From contig NC_086097.1 in assembly GCF_963921235.1 (NCBI RefSeq), forward strand, positions 94,242,001 to 94,306,000: 64,000 bases of DNA. Direction: 5' to 3'. The stretch comes from Mobula hypostoma. Lineage: Eukaryota. Position 1 is the stretch's first letter. Each line of letters starts with the position of its first letter. The translations under genes and the position numbers were made by a program. Shown one piece after another: positions 23,641 to 34,777 of the stretch. Below the pieces are notes generated by a model, which searched no databases, had not been told where the DNA came from, and was given only the letters and a program-made list of their open reading frames with translations.

Positions 23641-24299
23641 CCTTAAGTGCTTAATGATTGCCATGGCCTCAGATGGTTGAAGAGCCTGTCCCCATGTTCT
23701 ATAACTCTAAACATCATGGTTACAAGAACAGGTTAGAGGCAGTAGGTAACCTCCTGTCATTTCAAACCTATGCAGCCATTACAATGCAGAAGTCAGGAAC
23801 ATGAATAGTAGAATTCCCCATTCAGCTGTTGAGTGCCCCGCCAACAAAACTCAGGCTCACCTTCATTCAGGAAAACAGAAGCCTGTTCATATACCCTAGA
23901 CATACAAACCATTCAATACCAACACACCGTGGCTGGAATATGCACCATCAACAAAACGTTACGTAATTTATTGCCTCAGCGGCACCAATAGCCTTTTCCT
24001 AAAAACCCTCGACCTCTAACACCAAGTGGGGTGAATGCGACTTGCTGCAGACTCCCCTCCAGGCAAGACACCATCTTTAATTATCTAGCGCCAATCCTTC
24101 ACCGTCGGTGTGTCAAAATCCTGGAATTACACTAGGAGCATCTTCACCAACACTTTCACAGAGGCAGTAAGAGTCCACCTCATGGGGGATGCTCAGAAAA
24201 GTGAATAAGTATCAACAGTGCGGTAAAATGACCCTTGCAGCACACACAAAATGCTGGCGGAACTCAACATCTTGTATAAAAATGAATAAACTTGCAGGT

Positions 24300-24413
24300 G
24301 ATAAAGTTTGCAAAGATGCCACGACAGGTGCAGGTTGCGACCACGTGACCTTCCACTGAGCCACGCGACAACTTGACGTCACGCGGCAACGGGAGCGCTG
24401 GTGGGTGAGAGGA
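24300..24413 (+). promoter_or_regulatory. PIGH proximal promoter / 5' region in a small CpG-rich island
   Basis: Local CpG enrichment from about 24300 to 24750. E-box CACGTG at 24342-24347 and full CRE TGACGTCA at 24374-24381. No TATA box seen. Confidence 0.65.
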
Positions 24414-24587
24414 ATGGCGGCGCCATTCAGGAACATTAACGGCCGCGACATCGTCTTCAGTCAAGAGGATCACTCTCCGCTCTGCCGCGAATTCACCGTC
24501 ATCTCTCCGAAGTTATCGCTGCGGTCTGTTCTCGGGTACACCGCCTTCATCTGGCTCATCGCCTACTCCATCTTCTACCGCACGCAG
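24414..24587 (+). CDS. PIGH: PIGH exon 1 (GPI-GlcNAc transferase subunit H), 58 codons
   Basis: MAAPFRNINGRDIVFSQEDHSPLCREFTVISPKLSLRSVLGYTAFIWLIAYSIFYRTQ resembles the PIGH N-terminus (SP.CREF...P.LSLRS). Donor CAG/GTGAGC, phase 0. Confidence 0.93.
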
Positions 24588-24849
24588 GTGAGCGGAGAGA
24601 GGGGCGCGGCGATTGGTTGAACAGAGCCGAAACGGATGATGTTGTGCTAGTCCTCTAATGTTTGGTCCGGGGCCGTGTCAGTCAGCGCCTTGCCCCGCCC
24701 ACTGACTATAAAATGGCTTTCGCAACTTCAACTGCGCGCAGTCGTGATTTCCGAGTAGTTGGAAGTGGATACCTTCACCTTGCCAGTGGACATTAACAGA
24801 TTGATGAAAGCACATTGTCACTCTCGAAAAAATTGATCTCTTGTATGAT

Positions 24850-26250
24850 AATGATCAGAATCAGGTTTAATATCACCGGCTTATATCGTGAATTATGTTG
24901 CTTTGCGGCAACAGTGCATTGCAATATATTAAACAACTATAAATTACAGTATGAAATATATTTAGATGGAGCAAAAAGAAGAAAAAATAGTAAGGTAGTG
25001 TGTATGTGTTTATTCAGAAGTCTGATAGTGGTGGGGAAGAAGTACAATATGTAAAAAAAGATATAAATTATAACAAAAAAAGTTAAAAAAAAGATAAATA
25101 AGTGACATAAAAATAGTGAGGGAGTGTTCATGGGTTGTTTCATTGTCTGTTCAGAAATCTGATGGTGGAGGGGAAGAAGCTTTTCCTAAAAATGTTGAGC
25201 GTGTGTCTTCAGGCTCCTGTACCTCCTCCTTGATGTAGCAATGAGAAGAGGGCAAGCCCTGGGTGATGGGGGTCCTTAATGATGGATGCCAATTTCCGAG
25301 GCGTCACCTTTTGGAGATGTCCTTGTTGCTGGGGAGGCTAGTGCCCACGATGGAGCTGGCTGAGTTTGCAACTGTCTGCAGCTTTTTCTGATTTTGTGCC
25401 AGAGGCCCTTCCATACCAGAAGGTGATGCAACTCGTTAGATTGCTGTCCTTGATACATTTGTGGAAATTTGCTAGCTTCTTTGGTGATTACCAAGTGTCC
25501 CTCAAACTAATGAAATATAGCCACTGTTGTGCCTTCTTTGTAATTGCATCAATATTTTGGGCCCAAGATAGATCTTCAGGGATGTTGACGCTCAAGAACT
25601 TGAAACTGCTCATCCTTTCCACTTCTGATCCCTCAACTTCCCTTTCCTGAAGCCCACAATCAGTTCCTTGGTCTTACTGATGTTGAATGCAAGGCTGTCG
25701 TTGCGACACCACTCAACCAGCTGTTGTATCTCACTCCTGTACACCTCCTTGTCACCATCTGAAATTCCGCCAACAATAGTTAGTAAATTCATAGATAGTT
25801 TGAGCTGCCCCTATGCACAGGGTAGTTGTGTTTGTAGAGAGAGGAGAGCATTGGGCTAAGTACGCTGCCTTGAGTTACACCAGTGTTGATTGTCAGCAAA
25901 GAGAAGGTGTTATTTCTGATCTGTGTTGCCCATGGTCTTCCGATGAGGAAGTCAAGGATCCAGTTGCAGAGGGAGGTACAGAGGCCCAGGTTTTACTGCT
26001 TGTCGATTAATACTGAGGGTGTTGAACACTGAGCTGTAATCAATAAACAGAAGCCTGACGTAAGTATTGCTATTGTGTAGGTGATCCAAGACCGCGTGGA
26101 GAGCCAGTGAGATTGCATCTGCTGTAACCTTTATTGTGATAGGCAAATTGCAGCGGGTCCAGGTCCTTGCTTAGGCAGAAGTTGATTCTGGCCATGATCA
26201 ACCTCTCAAAGCACTTCATCACAGTCGATGTGAGTGCAATTGGATGAGAG
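24850..26250 (-). mobile_element. Rex1/Babar-type LINE fragment
   Basis: - strand [36 protein letters not shown] and IVGGISDGDKEVYRSEIQQLVEWC, with tail AATAAA/ATTAAACCTGATTCTGA. Confidence 0.85.
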
Positions 26251-26572
26251 GCACTGAGGCAGCTCAGTGGTGGTCTTGGGTACTGGTGTGATTGTATTAT
26301 GCAGCTATCTCACTCACTGGGTACAGTTTGTAATCTTCATTAGTTCCTCTAAACCAGATGTTCTATTGACTTCGCAGTTATGAACTCTTCACACAGCCGA
26401 CTTGATAATGACATTGGCCCTTCATTGTCTGTCCACACCCCACTTTCTCTGTAACTTTAACATTATATTCTGCATTTTGTTAATGCTTTCCCTTTTGTTA
26501 TCCAGAAGTACTGATATTGTGAGAAGATCTTTTTCACTGTACCTTGATACATGTGGCAATAATATACCAGTA

Positions 26573-27336
26573 CACTTGATTCTAGTTCATTGGGACTAGT
26601 ATATTTTGGCCCAAATAAGCAGCTGCCCCAATTAGCCAAAGTTTCATGGAAATTGTGAAAAAGGTATAAAAAAAGACAAACTACCATTTACCCGAGTAAC
26701 AAGTTAGCTATTTAAATGAAACACGGAACAAATTAGAACACTCACCAATACCACTACAGTGCTATAAAACTATGTATTAATTTGATGGAGGATTTCATCT
26801 AGTGCACTCTGCTATGTTCTTTTGATTGACTGTAAATGAACAAAATCAGTGTAAACACCCAATAGACTGCCTTCGTACAATACTTTCAGTGGTTACATCC
26901 ACCACATATTGATTTCCACTGAATATTCAAGATGATTGTCCGCACCTTGAAATTCTTTGTAGTTCCTAACTAGTTGAATTAGTGAAATTCTTTCATTTTC
27001 ATTCCCGGCCGTTTTTGGTATCTTCAAGCCTGAATGCTTGAAACTTCAGTGAGCAAAACGGTTCCGAATTGTCTTAGTGCTTATTTCTCGCCAATTATCA
27101 GTGACAAGAATCACTGTTTTTTGAATACAAACACACACAACTGATGCTATTTAAACACTGTTTGCTCTAAGTATAGCGTGGTGTCTCATGGACACACGTG
27201 CACACAACTGATGCTAGAAACTGTTGGGCAGTTGTCCCAATTAAGAAGCATCATGTCCCAAATAGGCTGTTTAAGAGTTGTCCCAAATAAGCGGCTGCCT
27301 TGATTAACCAATAGCCCAGTTAACCAGAATCCACTG
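26573..27336. mobile_element. Non-autonomous Tc1/mariner-superfamily (pogo/Tigger-like) DNA transposon
   Basis: TA-flanked imperfect TIRs CACTTGATTCTAGTTCATTGGG / CCCAGTTAACCAGAATCCACTG. A second copy of the body lies at about 31900-32905. Confidence 0.7.
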
Positions 27337-27438
27337 TACTAGAGAAGTGATAGGATGATTTGCAGTGGGCGGTAATTGCTGAGAGTGGAGAAAGTTGGGA
27401 AAGAGGGCACTGCCTGGAGAATTGTGCTTAACTGATAG

Positions 27439-28006
27439 TTGTTGTTGTTCGTCCATCGTTGACGTCGATGAGGACCTCAACACCATTATGATGGTGTCGA
27501 GACTAGGGCGTGATTTGGATTTAAGTGAGGGAGAGTTGCGCAGCGTCAGCCTCACTCTCTCTTCCCAATTCCCATCTGGATCCAGTGGCAAGACAAGGGT
27601 TGAGACGGCTGGAAATGGGACTAGGCGCAGTGGATGACCAGGACGTCTTCTGTGTCTTGTCGTGCTCGACACGTTCCACGACGCTTGCAGAGACCGCCTT
27701 CTTGACCATTGGACCTTCCATAGGTCTCGTCCGCTGAATCTGCCGGAGTCTGTCTTCACATGCTGGGATAGACAACTCCCTATCACACTGAGGGTTTGAA
27801 ACCCATCGGCTACCCTCACCTGGTTTAGCCGGCTTGTCGAAGCCGTTGCCCGGGGTGTGGCCGCTGTCGCATGCAAACAGCTTCGGGGAGCCACAAGTGA
27901 GAGCTGAGTGCCAGGTGGGGACCAAAGGTGGACTAACCGCCCTGAAAAGGACGCGACATGTTCCCCCACCAGAGGTGCTACCCCTCCCTGACACCCCATA
28001 CACCCC
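27439..28006 (-). mobile_element. Non-coding retroposon with a 5' HDV-like ribozyme and (CAA)n tail
   Basis: CpG-rich 568-bp insert. Tail GACGAACAACAACAA preceded by a stem-loop. Flanking direct repeat TTAACTGATAG / TTATCTGATAG (27428-27438, 28007-28017). Confidence 0.8.
27815..27997 (-). ncRNA. HDV-like (nested double pseudoknot) self-cleaving ribozyme
   Basis: P1 GGGGTGT/ACACCCC; P2 CTCACTTGT/ACCAGGTGAG; P3 GGC/GCC; L3 starts TCCCCG; P1.1 CC/GG; then GCAAC, P4 CGGCTT-CGAC-AAGCCG, and J4/2 GCTAA with candidate catalytic C at 27828. Confidence 0.8.
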
Positions 28007-29583
28007 TTATCTGATAGAATAAGGAAATGAAGGAAAAGCACAGCACACTTGGTTTATCCTAGCAGAATAACATCCATCCCATTTCTACTTCTTCCATGAA
28101 ACCCCATTCTCTTTACACATGCCTATCAATACCCCTTGGATTTGTTTGCAACTTCCCTATACTGTATTACAGTAGCCAATTAATCTACCAACTTGTCATT
28201 GCAATATGGAAGCACTGCTGAAAGCCTACATAGTCGCAGCATGCACGGACAGCACCGGCTGTGAGGATTGAGCCAAGCTCTTAGGGGCTGTGAGGCAGCA
28301 GAGTATTGCACTTAGTTTTTGTGAAATTGTAGTTGCTGAGTAATGTCCTGGTTTAGAGCAACCAGTGAAGGGTTACATGTGACTGAGATCACTGTGTAAG
28401 GCAGACCTGGGACTATCATTGAAAGGCTAGCTGGTGAGCACTAACTAACCATGGGACACAAGATGATTTAGACAAATGGAAAGTTAATGGTCCAGGAGAC
28501 AGAATTAAACTGATAACGTGGGAACACTTCCTGGTATAAAATATATTCTCATGTCAAAACAGAAACCAGACTGAGCACATCTTTTTAATCTCTAATTAGC
28601 TTTTATTGGTATTCCTTTACTGACTAAAACAGAAACATGCAATATAGGAGTTGGAGGAGGTAATTCAGTTCCTCAAGCCTGCTCTTCCGTTTAATATGAT
28701 CTTCCATCTACAATGGTAGTGAATTCCACACATTCAGTATCCTCTGAGTGAAGAAATCCAGTTGCAAGTCATTTTAACTCTCCTTCACATTCCCTCACCA
28801 AGCTGCCTACCCCTCAGCTTTCTCCATTTCTACGAAGAAGGCAAGTGCAAACTGGAACAACAAAAATTAGTATTCCACCTTGATAAATTACAACCCAATG
28901 GAATGAATCAATTGCAGGTAACCCACAGCCTGTGTAGTTCCTCCAAGCATGCACCCACATGTCTCAGGATTCAGATTCATTTATTTATCACACATACATG
29001 TACATTAGAACATCAAGTGAAATGTGTTGTTTGCGGTAACAACCAACAAAACCTAAGGATGTGCTTGGGACAGCCGGCAAGTGTCTCCACATACTCACAC
29101 GTTCTGTGTTAAATCAGTCTGATGAACCTTTACTGTAATCCTCTTACCTTTACTGTAATCCCCGCCCCTCCCATAGCCTGCTTATTCTGTCTTAGCAACG
29201 AGACCAAAACTGCACACAACACTTTTAACTGTGGTCTCAACAAAGTTAGTCAGAAGGCCGTGTCTGCTTTGTTCTCAAAACTGGTTTCGCACTTTACACT
29301 TATTGATGCATTGTAATTTTTTTTTTTGTTTTTTATAAATTTAACAAGAACATCATTCAGGATGGCCCAAAATTTGAGCAAGAGAAACATGTTAAATTGT
29401 TGCATGGAAATGACAGAATAGTAAGGTATAAACCCTTGCTTATGATGTGTGGGGTAGAAAATGGTACTGCTCAGGCATAGGAATGTGGACGCACAGTGCT
29501 GGTTGGAGTAGAATTTACAATGCGTCTGTCAGCATGTTATAAAGACAAACTTGATACTTCATATGTGGAATTGATTTTTGCAG

Positions 29584-29793
29584 AACACTTCAGTGCTCTC
29601 AGCTACCATTATCATCACTCTCCTTGGAATGATTCTGCACCTTCATTTTTGTAAAGTCGATCAGGAATCCATGCTGATTATTGGATCGATTGGAGTCCAA
29701 ATGAACACCTTGTATGCCTCGGGCAGAGAGCACGTGAATTTCATTGAGATGAAGAAAGTGAAGGATATTGTGATCAATGAAGGCTTTTATATG
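29584..29793 (+). CDS. PIGH: PIGH exon 2, 70 codons
   Basis: NTSVLSATIIITLLGMILHLHFCKVDQESMLIIGSIGVQMNTLYASGREHVNFIEMKKVKDIVINEGFYM. Acceptor TTTTTGCAG, donor ATG/GTAAGT. Confidence 0.95.
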
Positions 29794-30209
29794 GTAAGTG
29801 AAGCAGAGACTGATTACCATTAATTTTCAGCAGCAAAGGAGCTATGAATACAGCAACTGAAAGTCAGAATTTAGAATTTGATGCTTGAGCAAATCCTTCA
29901 TCAGGGATGTTACTATGGGTGTGGAGTTTTAACTGGATCTTTAATGTTTTCCTAATTCCATCTTTACAGATTGCAAATGTTCAAAAATAAGAACAAAATA
30001 TCTGGCAGAACCGAAGTTCTCCTTTGGACTAAAGGCAATCCTATGAAATTTTAGATGCAATAATTCAGGAGAAATTTAAATGGGATCAGTGTGGATTGAT
30101 AAGGGAGAAATGTTCTAAATTTGTAAGGGATAGTAAACTATGTCATATTGTTGACCGAGTTTCGTTTTAACAATGTAATAGAGTGGAGTGCAGTTGTTCA
30201 AAGTTGGAA

Positions 30210-30710
30210 GTAAATTTATTATCAAAGTGCATATATGTCTCCGTTTACAACACAGATCCATTTTCTTTTGGGTATATACTCAATAAATTCATAATAGAAT
30301 AAATAACCATAATAGAATCAATGAAAGACCGCACCAACTTGGGCGTTCAACCCATGTGCAAATACGAAAAGAAAGAAATAATAATAAATGACAAATAAAT
30401 ATTGAGAACATGAGATGAAGAGTCTTTAAAAGTGAGCTCATTAGTTGTGGGAACATTTCAATGATAGGACGTGAAGTTATCCCCTTTGGTTCAAGAGCCT
30501 GCTGGATGAGGAGTAATAACTGCTCCTGAGCCTGGTGGTGTGTGTCCTAATGCTCCAGCACCATCTTCCTGATGGCTGCAGCAAGAAGAGAGCATGTGGT
30601 GGGGGTCCCTGACGATGGATGCTGCTTTCCTGCAACAACACTCCATGTAGATGTACTCAATGGTGGGAAAGGTTTTACCCGTGATTGACTAGGCCAAATC
30701 TTTTACTTTA
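30210..30710 (-). mobile_element. Rex1/Babar-type LINE 3' fragment
   Basis: Reverse complement of the family seen at 6495-7112. Confidence 0.7.
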
Positions 30711-30789
30711 TGTAGAGTTACTAAAATAAGACTTCTGAAAGTTAGAAATTAAGGTGGTGTTAAAATGTTCATTTAAAATTTTTAAAATC

Positions 30790-31550
30790 ATTGAAGGACT
30801 TGAGTTCTAGAGAGAGATTGGGCAGGCTCGGACTTTATTCTTTGAAATGTTAGAGACTGAGAGTTGACTTTGTAAATGATTTTATACATGAGGGGTATAG
30901 TTACATAGAAAACCTACAGCACAATACAGGCCATTCGGCTCAAAAAGCTGTGCCGAACATGTCCCTACCTTAGAAATTACCTAAGGTTACCCATAGTCCT
31001 CTATTTTTCTGAGCTCCGTGTACCTATCCAAGAGTCTCTTAAAAGAGCCTATCGTATCCGCCTCCACCACCGTCGCCGGCAGCCCATTCCACGCACTCAC
31101 CACTCTGCGTAAAAAAAACTTACCCCTGATACTGTATCTCCTCTATACTTACTTCCAAGCACCTTAAAACTGCGCCCTTTCGTGTTAGCCATTTCAGCCC
31201 TGGGAAAAAGCCTCTGAAGTTATGGTGGATGCACACTGTTTTTCTCAGGGAAAGGGAATTAGGAATTAGGGGGCATAGGTTTAAGAGGGGAAAGGTTTAA
31301 ATAGAACCTGAAGGGCAACTTCTTTATTCCGAGGTGATGTGCGTATGGAATAAGCTACCAAAGCATGTAGTTGAAGCGGGTACAATAACAACATTTAAAA
31401 GTGTTTTGTATAAGTACCTATATAGATTGGAATGGTTCAGAGAGATGTGGACAAAACACAGGCAAATGGGACTATCTCCAGTGGGTACATTGGTTGGAAT
31501 GGACAAGTTGGGCCGAAGGGCCCGTTTCCTGCTGTATTACTCTATGACTA
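30790..31550. mobile_element. CR1 3' fragment (+) interrupted by a younger CR1 3' fragment (-, about 30903-31217)
   Basis: The inner copy is the reverse complement of the CR1 tail at about 48500-48815. Confidence 0.7.
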
Positions 31551-31738
31551 AATTAACATTAGTAAGGGTTCTGAAGTGTGGAAATATAACAAAATCAACA
31601 ACAATCTGTATTACTGTATGACTAAATCAACATTAGTAAGGGTTCTGAAGTGTGGAAATATAACAAAATCAACATTACTCTGTATTACTTTATGACTAAA
31701 TCAACATTAGTAAGGGTTCTGAAATGTGGAAATATAAT
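31532..31738. repeat. Tandem repeat, 74-bp period, about 2.8 copies
   Basis: ATGACTAAA recurs at 31544, 31618 and 31692 with near-identical intervening sequence. Confidence 0.9.
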
Positions 31739-31899
31739 GTAGAAGGTGACAGATGGTACTGGGAGAATCGGAATCAGATTTAATATCACTGGTATATATG
31801 GTGAGATATGTTGTTCTGCTGTAGCAGTACAGTGCAATACATAATAATAAAAAACTATAAATTACAAATATATAGATAGGTAGAGAGAGATAGATTACA

Positions 31900-32905
31900 A
31901 TCAATTGGAACACATTTGGACTGGTACATTTTGGTGGCTGCCCTAATTAGCCATAGTTTCATGGAAATAGGTAAAGAGGTATAAAAATACAAATCACTGT
32001 TTAACAGAATAACTAATTATGTATTTAAATGAAATATATGAACAATTCAACAATTATGTTGGCGCGTGGCCAAGTGGTTAAGGCGTTGGTCTAGTGACCT
32101 GAAGGTCGCTAGTTCGAGCCTCAGCTGAGGCAGCTTGTTGTGTCCTTGAGCAAGGCACTTAACCACACATTGCTCTGTGACAACACCGGTGCCAAGCTGT
32201 ATTGGCCCTAGTGCCCTTCCCTTGGACAACATCGGTGGTGTGGAGAGGGGAGACTTGCAGCATGGGCAACCTCCTGCGCCCTTGAAACCTTCCAAGGCGC
32301 AAATCCATGGTCTCACGAAACTAACGGATGCCTATAAATGAACAATTCAAAACAAGTTAGAACACTACCAATACTGCTACAGTACTATAGAACTGTATTA
32401 GTACCGAATAGCTATCGATGGAGGAACTCATTCAGTGTAATTTTGGTTGTGCTGCTATGTTCTTTTGACTGTAAATGACCAAATTCAGCACAGATATCTA
32501 GTACAGATACTAGACTGCCTTTGTACAATGTTTTGAATGATTGCATCCTCCAAATCTTAAACTTAATTGTAACTTTCAAGATGATTGTCAATGTCTTCAA
32601 ATTCTTCGTATTTCCTAACTTGTTGAAGTAGTGAAATTGTTTCATTTTCTCTCTCGGCCGTTTCTGGCATCTCCAAGCCTAATGCTTGAAACCGTGCTGA
32701 GAAAAACAGTGCAGAATGGCTTATTTATCTGCAACTATCAGTGACAACAACCACTGCTTTGTGAACACAAACACATACAACTAACACTATTTTAAAAACT
32801 GATTGCTTTAAGTACGGTGTAGTATCTAATGACCACACAAGTGCATGCAACTGACATTAGTTAAAAACTGTTTAGCAACAGGCTCCTGTCCCAATTAAGT
32901 GGGAG
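31900..32905. mobile_element. Second copy of the Tigger-like non-autonomous element, interrupted by a SINE
   Basis: Collinear similarity to 26573-27250. Confidence 0.7.
32057..32337 (+). mobile_element. tRNA-derived SINE with CORE-like centre and RTE-like 3' tail
   Basis: A box TGGCCAAGTGG (32067-32077), B box GTTCGAGCC (32112-32120), CORE-like TGTGTCCTTGAGCAAGGCACTTAACC, and 13-bp TSD ATGAACAATTCAA (32038-32050, 32338-32350). Confidence 0.85.
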
Positions 32906-34693
32906 AGAATATGTAAATTAAATAAGCAGTGATAAAAAAAAGGTAGTGAAATCTGTTGAGAGGTGGCAAGGAATGTTCAAAAGGAAACAGAGTGAAATGT
33001 AGGAGGTGTCACTTAGCTTTTTTGTTCAGAAACTCACAGACATAAAAGGGAAAGTTTTGCAGATCCAAGTCTTAGAACTTGATAGATTAATTAAAAAGTG
33101 GTACAAGAGAACAAGAAAAAATGCATAAGGTTGGAAAATAATAATTATTCTGGAGTGTAAAAAGCTAAAAAGGATTGCATGTATATCTGAGAAATTAGTC
33201 AAGAGATAGGGAGAAGAATAGAACTAATTGGACCACTCTTTCAAGGGGCTAGCACAGTTTTAATCAACTGAATTGCTTTCACCTGTACTTTCCCATTTCA
33301 AAATACGATTGCTGCTGAAAATCTGAATTAAAAACAAGCTGAAAAAGGATCTAGTGCTTTTCTGGCGTGTATGACGAATAAACTCCTCTCGGGCTTTTAG
33401 CTTGTTGTCAACAGACAAGCTGTTGACAGTTTGCAGCAGCATTTGCGGAAGGAAGCTTGGATTATGTTTCAGTTCATAACCTTTTGCAACAACTGGTTGT
33501 GAATAATTTTCCTCGTTGTGCTGTTTTCTGGACAGTAAGTAGAATGTTAGCTTTCTGAGCATGAAACTGGCATTTAGAAGCTCGTTCCAGTCAAAGGTAA
33601 TGAAGTGGGAGGATCACAATTAAATAATGGACGCAGTTTTGGTGTAAATGTTGGAATTCCTCTTGTAAGGCTCAGATCTTTTTCACATCAAGGACATTTT
33701 TGACTGAGTGAGGCATCAAAGGGTCCCAGTTAAGCAAGTTAATTATAATCTGGATAACTACCCAGGGGTGGTTGTAATATTTAGCAAGGAATACTGCTGA
33801 AACAGGTTAATGATAATCAGGCGGTAGCTCCTCAGTGGTGGTTTTCATACTAGCAGAAAGGAAAATGGTTGTGGATATTGGAAGCCGAGCAGAATCAGGT
33901 TTATCATTAGTAACTTATTTGATGTGAAGTTTGTTGTTTTGTGGCAGCAGATGTAAAAACTACGATAAATTACAAAATAAATAGTGGAAATAAAAGGTAG
34001 TATTCCTGGAGAGACCACCGAGGAAATTTCTCAGCGGTGGCCTGCATAGTCATCTTTAGCTGCCTCACCACTGATTTCTCGACCATAAGGTCAGAAATGT
34101 TTGATGGCATTTTCAGAGTTAGCTCAGTTCAAGTAACAATCTGTCAGATAGTGAAGCAGTTTATGACCAAGTGCACCAATGGACCACATCCAGATTTAAG
34201 CTACTCAAGAGCTATGGGCATTTCCAACAAGACTGAATCCATGCACCTTCACTATCATTAGCAGTGCTGAACCTCCCACTGTAAACCTGACTGGGAAGCT
34301 GGGAAGTGTGAGTTTGGGAGCAGTAATCAGAATCCCAACTGGTTCAGCTACATGAATACCTTGGGTTTTAGAGCATATCAGAGGCAGAGTATTCTGTAGT
34401 GAGTGGTCTCCTCTTCATTTTCCAGATCTCCTCTGTCTCACAAATAAGCAGTACTCGTCCCTTGCTTGGATGTGTGCAGTTTCATTAACACCATGGAAGT
34501 ATCTTAACAAGGTAGACTCATTAATGTAGTGTTTCACCATGCTCAGGGATATGGGCAAAAATTGCTAACCATTCCAATGTTGTCCATATCTCAAGGATAA
34601 ATTGAAATCAATCACGTAGTCCAGCATTTTGAGAAACATGGGAGGGGGGAGTTAACAAGGGACCTATTGTGTAAGTTATTTTTCTTTTTGCAG

Positions 34694-34777
34694 CAGAAGG
34701 TCATCTACTACTTGTGTATACTACTGATTGAACCAGAGAGCCCTAGAGGAGTGTCTGAAGTGGTGCCAGTGTTCCAG
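34694..34777 (+). CDS. PIGH: PIGH exon 3, 28 codons
   Basis: QKVIYYLCILLIEPESPRGVSEVVPVFQ (read manually, not in the ORF track). Acceptor TTTTTGCAG, donor CAG/GTAAAT. Confidence 0.95.

Noticed and set aside
27304..28041. 245-aa and 160-aa - strand ORFs over the ribozyme-headed element
   Set aside because: No recognisable domain, they cross the element boundaries, and they are expected by chance in GC-rich sequence.
32061..32135. Possible tRNA gene
   Set aside because: Acceptor and anticodon stems do not pair properly, and it continues into a SINE body flanked by a TSD.
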